Origin: an uncultured Sneathiellales bacterium
GTDB lineage: Bacteria; Pseudomonadota; Alphaproteobacteria; CAYFNG01
Length of the DNA: 64,000 bases
Assembly: GCA_964344385.1 (NCBI GenBank)
Contig: CAYFNG010000002.1
Coordinates: 193,476-257,475 of the forward strand
Direction: 5' to 3'
The notes under the pieces were generated by a model. It did not search any database and was not told where the DNA came from. It saw only the letters and a program-made list of their open reading frames with translations. Below are positions 20,340-29,955 of this stretch, in pieces; within the stretch, counting starts at the first letter, position 1, and each line of letters begins with the position of its first letter. The position numbers and the translations under genes were made by a program.

Positions 20340-20936
20340 CTATCGGCGCAGCGCGCGTTCCAGGAAGTCGAGCCTGTCCTGCCCCCAGAACAGTTCGTTG
20401 TTATAGACATAGGTGGGGGCGCCGAACACGCCGCGTGCCAGGGCGGACTCGGTGTCGACCCGGTAGGTTTCGGCGATGTCCTCGCTGTCCGCGGCGGCGA
20501 CCAGATCGTTGCCGGCCAGGCCGCACTCGTCGGCGATCGCCGCCAAGGTGGCGGGGTCGGCGATATCGCGCTCTTCGGCCCAGACCGCGCGCAGGACGGC
20601 GTGCGAAAGCGACAGGCAATCCGCGCCGGCCTGTCGGGCTGCGATCACCAGGCCGACGGCAGCGCGTTCGTCAACCGGGAAAAAGCGGGGTTCCAGGTTC
20701 AGCGCGACGCCCAGATGGTCGCGCCACCGGGACAGTTCGGTCAGGCGATAAGCCTGTCGTTGCGGCGCCCGCTTCGCCAGCGGCAAGCCGCCGCTGGCTG
20801 GAAAGATGGTGCCGAAATTGATCGGCATGACATTGACCACGGCACCCAGTTCTGCCGCCATGGCCTGTAGCCTGGCGCTGCCCAGATACGTCCAGGGTGA
20901 TTGCAGGGACAGATAATAGTCGATTGCTTTCGGCAC
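20340..20936 (-). CDS. 2-hydroxychromene-2-carboxylate isomerase family protein (DsbA-like thioredoxin fold)
   Basis: 198 aa. N-terminal IDYYLSLQSPWTY motif typical of the HCCA isomerase / DsbA-like family. Confidence 0.7.
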   Translation of the reverse strand: MPKAIDYYLSLQSPWTYLGSARLQAMAAELGAVVNVMPINFGTIFPASGGLPLAKRAPQRQAYRLTELSRWRDHLGVALNLEPRFFPVDERAAVGLVIAARQAGADCLSLSHAVLRAVWAEERDIADPATLAAIADECGLAGNDLVAAADSEDIAETYRVDTESALARGVFGAPTYVYNNELFWGQDRLDFLERALRR

Positions 20937-21048
20937 CGGCCGACCTCCAGGTCCAAAGGGAAAGTGCGGTCAAATTAGCCTGCGCGTTGCCCCCTGTCGA
21001 TGGCCAGAGGGCGGAGTTGAACGACTTAAATTCGACGCCGATCTAGTT

Positions 21049-21690
21049 CTATTCGAACCCCAATGCGTTGGCCCGGATTACGGCCTGGGTGCGGTTCCTG
21101 ACGTCCAGCGCTTTCAGGATCGCCGTGACATGGACCTTGACAGTGCCTTCGGCCAGATCCAGTTCCGCGGCGATTTGCCGATTGGACTTGCCTTCGATCA
21201 GGCGGGCCATGACCTGGTTCTGGCGCCGGGTCAACCCGTTGAGCTTTGCCGGCTTGGCCTCGCCCTTGGGGCGCCAGCCCGGTTTTGCCGCTCCGTTGGT
21301 CAACAGGCTCTCCGGAATATAGACACCACCGCTCAAGACTAGGTCCAACGCCCGCAGCATCAACTTGGCACCGGCGGTTTTTGGGATGTAGCCGGCCGCC
21401 CCTCCCTCGATCGCGGCACGGATGTCGCCGCTGTTTTCGGAGGCCGAAACGACGACAATGGCCGTGTCATGGTTGATCGCCTGAAGCGCTTGAAGGCAAT
21501 TGACGAGGTCCCCTCCGGGCATGGCCGGCTCCAGCAGCACGAGGTCGAGCGGTTGCTGCCCGGTCGCGACTTCGACGGTTTCGCCGAAGTCATTGGCGTG
21601 GAAGACCTCGACCTTGGGCGCCATTTCGCGCAAGAGGGTTGCCAACCCGTCACGAAACAAGGCGTGCCCATCTGCGATTAAAATACGCAT
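21049..21690 (-). CDS. LuxR/FixJ-family response regulator (REC + HTH), atypical receiver, orphan
   Basis: 213 aa. C-terminal LuxR HTH (LTRRQNQVMARLIEGKSNRQIAAELDLAEGTVKVHVTAILKAL). Receiver domain with conserved T/S and K, but the predicted phospho-acceptor position is Glu (DLVLLEPAMPGG) and the N-terminal acidic pair is degenerate (IADGH). No histidine kinase gene in the window. Confidence 0.8.
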   Translation of the reverse strand: MRILIADGHALFRDGLATLLREMAPKVEVFHANDFGETVEVATGQQPLDLVLLEPAMPGGDLVNCLQALQAINHDTAIVVVSASENSGDIRAAIEGGAAGYIPKTAGAKLMLRALDLVLSGGVYIPESLLTNGAAKPGWRPKGEAKPAKLNGLTRRQNQVMARLIEGKSNRQIAAELDLAEGTVKVHVTAILKALDVRNRTQAVIRANALGFE

Positions 21691-21812
21691 CTATTCCGCC
21701 AAATACGATACAAACAATCCAACTCCAGGTTCCCGAGAAAGAGTCGAGAACCACCCTGAAACTAACACAGCTTTCGGCGGACTGACATAGAACAATATAA
21801 TGAAAGTCGAGG

Positions 21813-21840
21813 AAGTACTTATTTCTAGAAAAAAGTACTT
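21813..21840. promoter_or_regulatory. 28-bp composite palindrome (AAGTACTT-a-TTTCTAGAAA-a-AAGTACTT) inside a ~350-bp AT-rich intergenic island
   Basis: Read directly from the sequence. Two perfect 8-bp palindromes AAGTACTT lie 20 bp apart and flank a perfect 10-bp palindrome TTTCTAGAAA. The site is 125-150 bp upstream of the response-regulator start and ~200 bp upstream of the DUF2784 gene. Confidence 0.5.
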
Positions 21841-22041
21841 ATAACTTTCGTTTATTTTTCGAGTTCTCGCTCAAATAAAAAGGAAATAGTTTTTGATTTT
21901 CATTAGCGGGAAAAGGCGCTAAAGTTGCAGGCCAACCGCGTTTTCCCAATTTAATATTTAAAAACTGACAGCTACCTTTCATCTTTTTGCACGTTTAAGA
22001 TACAAATTTCTGTTCCCGAGCACCGGAGGTTCACCAATCAG

Positions 22042-22431
22042 ATGCTGTCCCGGGTGTTGGCCGACACGACGGTGGTGTTGCATTTCGCGTTCATACTGTT
22101 CGTGATCGGCGGCGGCATTCTGGTTCGCCGTTGGCCGCGGCTTGCCTGGGTGCACCTGCCGGCGGCGGCCTGGGGCGTCGGGATCGAATTCCTCGGCTGG
22201 ATCTGCCCGCTCACCTATCTGGAGAACCACTGGCGGGCCGCCGGGGCCGCCCAGGGCTATGACACCAGTTTCGTCGAACGCTACCTGATGCCGCTGATCT
22301 ATCCCGAACTGCTGGTCGACGGCCGCCTGCCGCGCAGCGCCTTCATTGCCATCGGCTTCGGCGTCCTGGCGATCAACCTGGTCATCTACGCCGATATCTG
22401 GCGCCGCCGAAAGCGCCGCCTGACCGGTTGA
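22042..22431 (+). CDS. DUF2784-family small membrane protein
   Basis: 129 aa, 3-4 TM segments, CPLTYLE motif. A paralog with the same architecture is at 43124-43555. Confidence 0.55.
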   Translation: MLSRVLADTTVVLHFAFILFVIGGGILVRRWPRLAWVHLPAAAWGVGIEFLGWICPLTYLENHWRAAGAAQGYDTSFVERYLMPLIYPELLVDGRLPRSAFIAIGFGVLAINLVIYADIWRRRKRRLTG

Positions 22432-22522
22432 GGCCGGGGCGCTTTTGCTTGGCAAGCCCGCGCCGGATCGACCAAGATGCGGGGGCGCCCGCTTCGGGGC
22501 GCTGGTTTGACGGTAAGGGCCG

Positions 22523-24508
22523 ATGTCGACGCTGTTCCCCCACCTGTTTTCACCTTTGCCACTGCGCCACAAGACCCTGAAGAGTCGGCTGGTGTTCGGC
22601 GCCCATACCGCCAACATGGCCGAGGCCGGGCTGCCCGGCGAGCGCCATCTCGGCTACTACCGCGAGCGGGCGGTCGGCGGGGCCGCGATGATTGTCGTCG
22701 AGCCGGTGCCGGTGCACCGCACGGCGTTGTTGACCCGGGGCAATTTCCGGGTCGGCGACGACGCCGTCATCCCCGGCTTTCGCGCCATCACCGAGGCCGG
22801 CCACGCCCATGACGTGGTGATGATCCAGCAGCTCTACCATGTCGGCCAGCACGGCGATTTCGACAATTCCTTTGCGCCCAGCTGGTCGCCGTCCGGTTTG
22901 CCGTCCTACCATGATTCCGACGGTAGCCACGCCATGGGCGAGGCCGAGATCGAGGCGGCGATCGAAAGCTTCGTCGATGCCGCCTTAAGGGCCCGGGCCT
23001 GCGGTTTCGACGGGGTCGAGTTGTTCGCCGCCTACCACGCCCTGATCGACCAGTTCTGGACCCCCTGGTCGAACCGGCGCGACGACCGTTGGGGTGGCAG
23101 TTTCGAAAACCGAATGCGCTTTTCCACCGAACTGTGCAGTCGCATCCGGGCCGCCGTCGGCGAGGATTTCATCATCGGCATGGCGGTCAGCATCGATCCG
23201 GAAATCGATGTCGCGCTATCGGTCGAGGCGATGCAGGAAATCCTCAGCTATCACGACAGTCGCGCCCTGATCGACTACATGACCTGCGGCACCGGCAGCT
23301 ATTTCGATTTCTACAAGCTGATCCCGACCTTCCTCTACGAGGACAAGCTGGGGGCGCCGCTGGCCGCCGCTTTGAAAAGCGTCGCGTCCCACACCCGCGT
23401 CCAGGCGGAAAGCCATATCCGCACGCCCGAGAACGCCAATTACGTGGTCGGGGCCGGCGAGGCCGACATGGTCAGCCTGGTACGCGGCCAGATCGCCGAC
23501 CCGCATCTCGGCAACAAGGCCCGGGCCGACACGCCGGAGCAAATCCGCCCCTGCATCTCGTGCAATCAGATGTGCTGGGGCCGGCGCCACCGGGACTATT
23601 GGATCTCGTGCCTGGTCAACCCGTCGTCGGGGCGCGAGTTCGAATGGGGTGGCGACCGCTTCGAGCCCGCCACGGCGCCGCGCCGGGTGCTGGTTGTCGG
23701 CGGCGGTCCGGCCGGTCTGGAATGCGCCCGGGTGGCGGCGTCGCGTGGTCATGACGTGACTTTGGCCGAGGCGGCGCCAACCCTGGGCGGCCGCTTCCGG
23801 CTGGCCGGCGAACAACCGCGGCGGTCCCAGATCCTGGATCTGATCGCCTGGTATGAGGGCGAACTGGCGCGCCTTGGCGTCGACCTCCGGCTCAACACCC
23901 CGATGGAGGGCGCGGATGTCGCCGGTTTCGCCGCCGATGCCGTGGTGCTGGCGACCGGGTCGCTGCCCACTGAGACCGGTTTCCAGAAGGCGCTGCCCGG
24001 GCGCGACCGGCTCAACGGGATCGACCGCGGCGGGGTGTATTCGGTCGAGGATGTGGTGGGCCGGGCGGCCCGGCCGGGACAACGGGTGATCGTGCTGGAC
24101 GACATCGGCCATTGGCACGGGGCCGGCACCGCCTGGCACCTGGCCGAGCAGGGCCACCTGGTGACCATCGTCACCCGCTTGCCGATGGTTGGCTGGGAAC
24201 TGGTGCGGACCGCCGCCGACTGGCCGCTCAGGCGCAAGCTCGCCAGCCTGGGGGTGGTATCGATCACCGACACCGCGATCGACGAATGGCACGGCGACGG
24301 CGCCACGCTGGTCGACCTGCTGGGCGGAGATACCAGGACGTTGGCGGCCGATACCCTGGTCCTGGCCACCGTCAACCAGGCAGAGACCTGGCTGGCGGAA
24401 GAGCTGGCCGGCAGCGAGACCGAGATCCACACCATCGGCGACTGCGTCGCGCCACGGCTGGCGGTGATGGCGATTTACGAGGGAAGGGAGTTGGGGCTGC
24501 GATTATAG
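22523..24508 (+). CDS. NADH:flavin oxidoreductase, Old-Yellow-Enzyme family fused to an FAD/NAD(P)-binding domain (2,4-dienoyl-CoA reductase FadH-like)
   Basis: 661 aa. N-terminal OYE TIM-barrel motifs. 4Fe-4S Cys motif CISCNQMCWG. C-terminal Rossmann RVLVVGGGPAGLECA. Confidence 0.85.
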   Translation: MSTLFPHLFSPLPLRHKTLKSRLVFGAHTANMAEAGLPGERHLGYYRERAVGGAAMIVVEPVPVHRTALLTRGNFRVGDDAVIPGFRAITEAGHAHDVVMIQQLYHVGQHGDFDNSFAPSWSPSGLPSYHDSDGSHAMGEAEIEAAIESFVDAALRARACGFDGVELFAAYHALIDQFWTPWSNRRDDRWGGSFENRMRFSTELCSRIRAAVGEDFIIGMAVSIDPEIDVALSVEAMQEILSYHDSRALIDYMTCGTGSYFDFYKLIPTFLYEDKLGAPLAAALKSVASHTRVQAESHIRTPENANYVVGAGEADMVSLVRGQIADPHLGNKARADTPEQIRPCISCNQMCWGRRHRDYWISCLVNPSSGREFEWGGDRFEPATAPRRVLVVGGGPAGLECARVAASRGHDVTLAEAAPTLGGRFRLAGEQPRRSQILDLIAWYEGELARLGVDLRLNTPMEGADVAGFAADAVVLATGSLPTETGFQKALPGRDRLNGIDRGGVYSVEDVVGRAARPGQRVIVLDDIGHWHGAGTAWHLAEQGHLVTIVTRLPMVGWELVRTAADWPLRRKLASLGVVSITDTAIDEWHGDGATLVDLLGGDTRTLAADTLVLATVNQAETWLAEELAGSETEIHTIGDCVAPRLAVMAIYEGRELGLRL

Positions 24509-24747
24509 TTTTCGGTCGAACGGCCGTTCCGCCCCAGCCCGCAAAAGATAACAGCTTGTGACTTGTCAAAGGCCCGTCGCCGGGGGATGATCGGAGCCAC
24601 GAGGCGTGACCGCCGCTTGCACCTTTGACGTGCGACGCGGCGGCCGAATTGTTGCGTTTGTTGTAGCCCCGTCAAAATCGATTGGGTCCGGGCGGCACCG
24701 CGTGCCGACCAAGGGCCACTATTTTTACCGCGATCAAGGAGGGAGGA

Positions 24748-26346
24748 ATGAACAAAGCTATTCTCACATCCGTGTTGACCGCCGGCATCGCCCTGTCGGT
24801 GGCCAGCGGGCCGTCGGCACAGGCCGGCACCCCGCCCGACATGCTGGTGATGGCCAAGAATATCAGCGATATTATCACCCTGGACCCGGCCGAGGTGTTC
24901 GAATTCACCGGCGGCGAAGTGGTCGCCAACCTTTACGACCGGGTGATGATGTACGAGGCCGAGGATCTGAAGACCCTGGTCGGCGGCGTCGCCGAAAGCT
25001 ATCAGATCAGCGGCGACGGCAAGACCATCACCCTGAAGGTCCGTCCCGGCTTGACCTTCCACTCCGGCAACCCGATCCGCGGCGAGGACGTGTCGTTTTC
25101 GCTGAGCCGGGTGATCAAGCTGAACAAGACGCCGGCTTTCATCTTCACCCAGTTCGGCTGGACCGCCGACAATGTCGACCAGTTGGTGACGTCCAGCGGC
25201 GACACCGTCACCCTGAAAATCACCAAGGACCTGTCACCGGGCCTGGTGCTGAATGCGCTGTCGGCCAGTGTTGGTTCGGTGATCGACAAGAAGGTGGTGA
25301 TGAGCCACGAAAAGGACGGCGATCTGGGCTATGAATGGCTCAAGAACCACAGCGCCGGCTCGGGCCCCTATTCCCTGAAATCGTGGAAGGCCAACGAGCT
25401 GGTGTCGCTGGAAGCCAACGCGGATTACCGCCACGGCGCCCCGGCGATGAAACGGGTCGTGCTGCGCCACGTCCCGGAACCGTCGGCCCAACGGCTTTTG
25501 CTGGAAAAGGGCGATGCCGACATGGCGCGTGAACTGACCCCGGACCAGATCAAGGGCCTGGCCAGCAATTCGGATATCGTGGTCAACGACTATCCCAAGG
25601 CGGGACTGATCTATCTGGCCACCAACGATGCCCATCCGATTCTGAAAAAACCCGGCGTGCGCCATGCCATGCGCTATCTGATCGACTATCAGGGCATGGC
25701 CAAGTCGTTCCTGACCGGCCAGTACAAGGTGCACCAGTCGATCTGGCCGTCGGGCCTGTGGGCCTCGCTGGAAGAGACGCCGTTCTCGTACGACATCGAC
25801 AAGGCCAAGGCCCTGATGGCCCAGGAAGGCCATGGCGATGGCGGCTTCGAGGTGACGATCGATACCCTGAACCATTCGCCCTATCAGGAGATCGCCCAGT
25901 CGGTGCAGCAGTCGCTGTCCAAAGTCGGGGTCAAATCCAAGATCGTGCTGTCCGAGGGCAAGACCCTGTGGCCGAAATACCGGGCCCGCAAGCACGACCT
26001 GATCGTCGCGCGTTGGTCGCCGGACTATGTCGATCCCCATTCCAACACGGACAGCTTCGCCCACAATCCGGACAACCGGATGGAGGCCAAACTGACCGGC
26101 AAGCTGGCCTGGCGGACCTCGTGGTCGAACCCCGATATCAACGCACTGACCGAAAAGGCGGCGCGTGAGCTCGACCTGGGCACCCGCGAAAAACTGTATC
26201 TCGATCTGCAGAAACAGGTTCAGCAGGCGGGCCCGTTCTCGGTGATGTTCCAGCTTAACGAGCAGGTCGCCACCCGAAAGAACGTCAAGGGCCTGGTCAG
26301 CGGTGCCAATTTCGACCTGGTGTTCTACCGCACCGTGACCAAATAA
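24748..26346 (+). CDS. ABC transporter substrate-binding protein, family 5 (peptide/nickel/opine, DppA-like)
   Basis: Start at MNKAILTSVLTAGIALSVASGPSAQA (signal peptide; RBS GGAGGGAGG). ~530 aa SBP_bac_5-like protein, first gene of a five-gene ABC operon. Confidence 0.85.
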   Translation: MNKAILTSVLTAGIALSVASGPSAQAGTPPDMLVMAKNISDIITLDPAEVFEFTGGEVVANLYDRVMMYEAEDLKTLVGGVAESYQISGDGKTITLKVRPGLTFHSGNPIRGEDVSFSLSRVIKLNKTPAFIFTQFGWTADNVDQLVTSSGDTVTLKITKDLSPGLVLNALSASVGSVIDKKVVMSHEKDGDLGYEWLKNHSAGSGPYSLKSWKANELVSLEANADYRHGAPAMKRVVLRHVPEPSAQRLLLEKGDADMARELTPDQIKGLASNSDIVVNDYPKAGLIYLATNDAHPILKKPGVRHAMRYLIDYQGMAKSFLTGQYKVHQSIWPSGLWASLEETPFSYDIDKAKALMAQEGHGDGGFEVTIDTLNHSPYQEIAQSVQQSLSKVGVKSKIVLSEGKTLWPKYRARKHDLIVARWSPDYVDPHSNTDSFAHNPDNRMEAKLTGKLAWRTSWSNPDINALTEKAARELDLGTREKLYLDLQKQVQQAGPFSVMFQLNEQVATRKNVKGLVSGANFDLVFYRTVTK

Positions 26347-26364
26347 CCGCCGCGGCCGGATTTC

Positions 26365-27429
26365 GTGGCGTTTGCGTTGAAGCGCGGTACGGGGGCGGGC
26401 AATGGCCCGTCCCCGTTTCGCAATCTGGGCCGGGTCGGCAATCTGGCCCTGACCATCGCGCTCACCTTCATCGGCCTGACCGCCATCACCTTCATCATCG
26501 GCCGGGTGATGCCCACCGACCCGGCCCTGGCCATGGTCGGCGATCGAGCCAGCCAGGAAGTCTACGAGGCGATGCGCCTGAAGCTCGGCCTCGACAAGCC
26601 GTTGTGGCAGCAATACGTGATCTATCTCGGCAATTTGCTGCAAGGCGATTTCGGCAAGTCGATCATGACCACCCGGCCGGTGCTGGACGACCTGATCCGA
26701 TTTTTCCCCGCCACTCTGGAACTGGCCACCATCGCCACCCTGGCCGGGGTTGTGATCGGGGTGCCGATGGGCGTGGTCGCGGCGGTGCGCCAGGGGCGCA
26801 TGGTCGATCATATCGTCCGGGTGGTTGGCCTGTTCGGCTATTCGGTGCCGATCTTCTGGCTGGGCATGGTTGCGCTGCTGGTGTTCTACGCCAAGCTGGG
26901 CTGGTTGCCGGGCCCGGGCCGGATCGAAGTCTATTACGACGGTATCGTCGATCCGACCACCGGGATTATCCTGCTGGATTCGGCGATGCAGGGGGAATGG
27001 GAGATATTCCGGAACGCCGCCGCCCACTTGGTGCTGCCGGCGTCGATGCTGGCAACCTTTGCTTTGGCCTATATCGCTCGCATGACCCGCAGTTTCATGC
27101 TCGACCAGTTGAGCCAGGAATATGTTCTGACGGCGCGGGTCAAGGGGCTCAGTGAACTGGCGGTGATCTGGCGCCACGCATTTCGCAACGTGCTGGTCCA
27201 ACTGATCACCATCATCGGTCTGACCTATGCCTCGCTGCTGGAAGGTTCGGTGTTGACCGAGACCGTCTTTGCCTGGCCCGGTATAGGCCAGTACATCACC
27301 TCGTCGCTGTTCAATGCCGACATGAACGCGGTGGTTGGCGGCACCACGGTGGTCGGGGTCTGCTTCGTCGGGATCAACATGTTCTCGGATGCGCTTTATC
27401 GCCTGGTCGACCCGAGGGCTCGGCAATGA
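26365..27429 (+). CDS. ABC transporter permease (DppB-like)
   Basis: 354 aa, 6 TM segments, BPD_transp_1 EAA-like loop. Operon position after the SBP. Confidence 0.85.
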   Translation: MAFALKRGTGAGNGPSPFRNLGRVGNLALTIALTFIGLTAITFIIGRVMPTDPALAMVGDRASQEVYEAMRLKLGLDKPLWQQYVIYLGNLLQGDFGKSIMTTRPVLDDLIRFFPATLELATIATLAGVVIGVPMGVVAAVRQGRMVDHIVRVVGLFGYSVPIFWLGMVALLVFYAKLGWLPGPGRIEVYYDGIVDPTTGIILLDSAMQGEWEIFRNAAAHLVLPASMLATFALAYIARMTRSFMLDQLSQEYVLTARVKGLSELAVIWRHAFRNVLVQLITIIGLTYASLLEGSVLTETVFAWPGIGQYITSSLFNADMNAVVGGTTVVGVCFVGINMFSDALYRLVDPRARQ

Positions 27430-28331
27430 GCGCAGGTACCGAATGGCTGTTGGCCGACGAGCCGCAATCGGTGCTGCAGGCACGCTGCCAGCGCTTCTAT
27501 CTGGCCTGGCTCTCCTTTCGCGGCAATCCGATTGCCATGGCCGGCCTGCTGATCATCGCCTTCCTGCTGCTGGTCGCCGCCGTGGCGCCGTGGATCGCGG
27601 CCGGCGACGGCAGCGAACAGGCACTGGCCAACCGGTTGCAGCCGCCCGATGGCGACCATTGGTTCGGAACCGACGAATTGGGGCGCGACATCTTCGACCG
27701 CATCGTCTGGGGCTCGCGGGTGACCCTCTATATCGTCGGCCTGGTGGCGGTGATCGTGGTCCCGATCGGATTGGTGATCGGCACCACGGCGGGCTATCTG
27801 GGCGGCTGGGTCGATACCGTGCTGATGCGGCTGACCGACATCTTCCTGGCCTTTCCGCGGTTGATCCTGGCCCTCGCCTTCGTCTCGGTGCTGGGGCCGG
27901 GCCTGGAGAACGCGGTGCTGGCGATCGCGCTCACCACCTGGTCGCCCTTTGCCCGTATCGCCCGGGCCGAAACCCTGACCATCCGCAATTCCGAACACAT
28001 CGTGGCGGCCCGCATGCAGGGCGCCTCGTCGGCGCGGATCCTGGCCTCGCACGTGGTGCCGCTGTGCCTGCCTTCGGTCATCGTTCGGCTGACCCTGGAC
28101 ATGGCCGGCATTATCCTGACCGCGGCCGGCCTTGGTTTTCTCGGCCTTGGGGCCCAGCCGCCGCTGCCGGAATGGGGCGCGATGATCTCGACCGGCCGGC
28201 AGTTCCTGCTGGACCAGTGGTGGGTGCCGACCATACCCGGCATCGCCATCCTGGTGGTCAGCATGGGCTTCAACCTGCTGGGCGACGGCCTGCGCGACGT
28301 GCTCGACCCGCGCAGCGGAGACGGTGGATGA
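27426..28331 (+). CDS. ABC transporter permease (DppC-like)
   Basis: 301 aa. 4-bp overlap with the previous gene. TM permease pattern. Confidence 0.85.
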   Translation: MSAGTEWLLADEPQSVLQARCQRFYLAWLSFRGNPIAMAGLLIIAFLLLVAAVAPWIAAGDGSEQALANRLQPPDGDHWFGTDELGRDIFDRIVWGSRVTLYIVGLVAVIVVPIGLVIGTTAGYLGGWVDTVLMRLTDIFLAFPRLILALAFVSVLGPGLENAVLAIALTTWSPFARIARAETLTIRNSEHIVAARMQGASSARILASHVVPLCLPSVIVRLTLDMAGIILTAAGLGFLGLGAQPPLPEWGAMISTGRQFLLDQWWVPTIPGIAILVVSMGFNLLGDGLRDVLDPRSGDGG

Positions 28332-29182
28332 GCCGCCCTCTGCTCAGCGTCGAGGACCTCAAGGTGTCGTTCACCACGCCAAAAGGGGTGGTCGAGGCGG
28401 TGCGCGGCGTCAGCTTTGAGCTGGGCCGCGAAAGGCTGGGCATTGTCGGTGAGTCCGGTTCCGGCAAGTCGCAGACCGGCCGCGCCATCCTGAAGCTGTT
28501 GGCCGCCAATGGCCGGCTGGACGCCAGGCGGCTCGACTTCGACGGTATCGACATTCTGGCCGCCGGTCGGCGCACCATGCGCGAGCTGCGCGGCAACCGG
28601 ATTTCGATGATCATGCAGGATCCCGGCTATTCCCTGAATCCGGTGATGACGGTGGGGCGGCAGATCGCCGAGGCCTACCGGGTCCATACCGGGGCCGACC
28701 GCGCCCAGGCCCGTCAACGGGCGGTTGAGATGCTGGACAAGGTCCGCATCCGCGAACCGGAAAAGGTCTACCGCCTGTACCCGCACCAGGTATCGGGCGG
28801 CATGGGCCAGCGGATCATGATCGCGATGATGCTGATCCCGGAGCCGGATCTGATGATCGCCGACGAGCCGACTTCGGCCCTGGATGTCACGGTGCAGTTG
28901 CAGGTGCTGGCGTTGCTGGACGATATGGTCCGGGACCGGGGCATGGGCCTGATCCTGATCAGCCACGACCTCGACCTGGTGGCCTCGTTCTGCGACCGCA
29001 TCCTGGTGATGTATGGCGGACGGGTGATGGAGGTGCTGGACGCCAAGCGGTTGAGCGAGGCGCAACACCCCTACACCATCGGCCTGTTGAACTGCCTGCC
29101 CAGGCTGGACCGTGGTACGGCAACCCTGCCGGTGCTGGACCGCGACCCGGCCTGGTTGGACGAGACCGGGGGCGTGCGATGA
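28328..29182 (+). CDS. ABC transporter ATP-binding protein (DppD-like)
   Basis: Start MSRPLLSVEDLKV overlaps the upstream stop (ATGA). Walker A GESGSGKS, signature LSGGMGQR, Walker B LMIADEPTSALD. Confidence 0.85.
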   Translation: MSRPLLSVEDLKVSFTTPKGVVEAVRGVSFELGRERLGIVGESGSGKSQTGRAILKLLAANGRLDARRLDFDGIDILAAGRRTMRELRGNRISMIMQDPGYSLNPVMTVGRQIAEAYRVHTGADRAQARQRAVEMLDKVRIREPEKVYRLYPHQVSGGMGQRIMIAMMLIPEPDLMIADEPTSALDVTVQLQVLALLDDMVRDRGMGLILISHDLDLVASFCDRILVMYGGRVMEVLDAKRLSEAQHPYTIGLLNCLPRLDRGTATLPVLDRDPAWLDETGGVR

Positions 29183-29955
29183 TCCGGGTCGAGGATCTGT
29201 CGGTCACCTTTGGTCACGGCAACACCGAAGTCGTGGCCGTGTCCGGGGTATCGTTCCATGTCGCGGCGGGGGAGAGCTTCGGTCTGGTCGGCGAATCCGG
29301 TTCCGGCAAATCGACCGTGCTCAGGGTGATTGCCGGCCTCAATCCGGATTGGCAGGGGCGGATCGAAATCGACGGCGAACCGCTGGGCGCGCGGCGGTCG
29401 CCGGCCCAATACCGCCGGCTGCAGATGGTCTTCCAGGACCCCTACGGGTCGCTGCATCCGCGGCACACGGTCAACGACATCCTGGCCGAGCCGCTGGCAG
29501 TGCACCGGATTTCGGACCGTGACCGGCGCATTTGGCAGGCTCTGGACGAAGTGGGGTTGAGCCGCAATTTGCGCTTCCGCTATCCGCACCAGATCTCCGG
29601 CGGCCAGCGGCAAAGGGTGGCGATTGCCCGCGCCCTGATCCTGGAGCCGAGGGTGGTACTGCTGGACGAACCGACCTCGGCCCTCGACGTTTCGGTCCAG
29701 GCGGAAATCCTCAACCTGCTGGTCGGGCTGCAGCGGGACCGCGGCCTGACCTATCTGATGGTCAGCCACGACCTGGCCGTGGTCGCCCATCTGTGTGACC
29801 GGATCGCGGTGATGAACCGGGGGCAGGTGGTAGAGGAAACCACCGCCGAGCGCCTGCGGGCCGGTAAGGCGGTGCAGGGCTATACCAAACAGCTGTTGAC
29901 TGCCAGCCTGGGCTACGACCGTGAAGCGGTGGACGCCTTCGTCGACTTCGCCTGA
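29179..29955 (+). CDS. ABC transporter ATP-binding protein (DppF-like)
   Basis: Walker A GESGSGKST, signature ISGGQRQRV, Walker B LLDEPTSALD. Overlaps the previous gene by 4 bp. Confidence 0.85.
   Translation: MIRVEDLSVTFGHGNTEVVAVSGVSFHVAAGESFGLVGESGSGKSTVLRVIAGLNPDWQGRIEIDGEPLGARRSPAQYRRLQMVFQDPYGSLHPRHTVNDILAEPLAVHRISDRDRRIWQALDEVGLSRNLRFRYPHQISGGQRQRVAIARALILEPRVVLLDEPTSALDVSVQAEILNLLVGLQRDRGLTYLMVSHDLAVVAHLCDRIAVMNRGQVVEETTAERLRAGKAVQGYTKQLLTASLGYDREAVDAFVDFA

Noticed and set aside
27335-29182. 615-aa ORF spanning dppC and dppD in one frame
   Set aside because: The upstream 330 aa overlap dppC in a different frame with junk composition. The genuine dppD starts at the ATG at 28328, overlapping the dppC stop.
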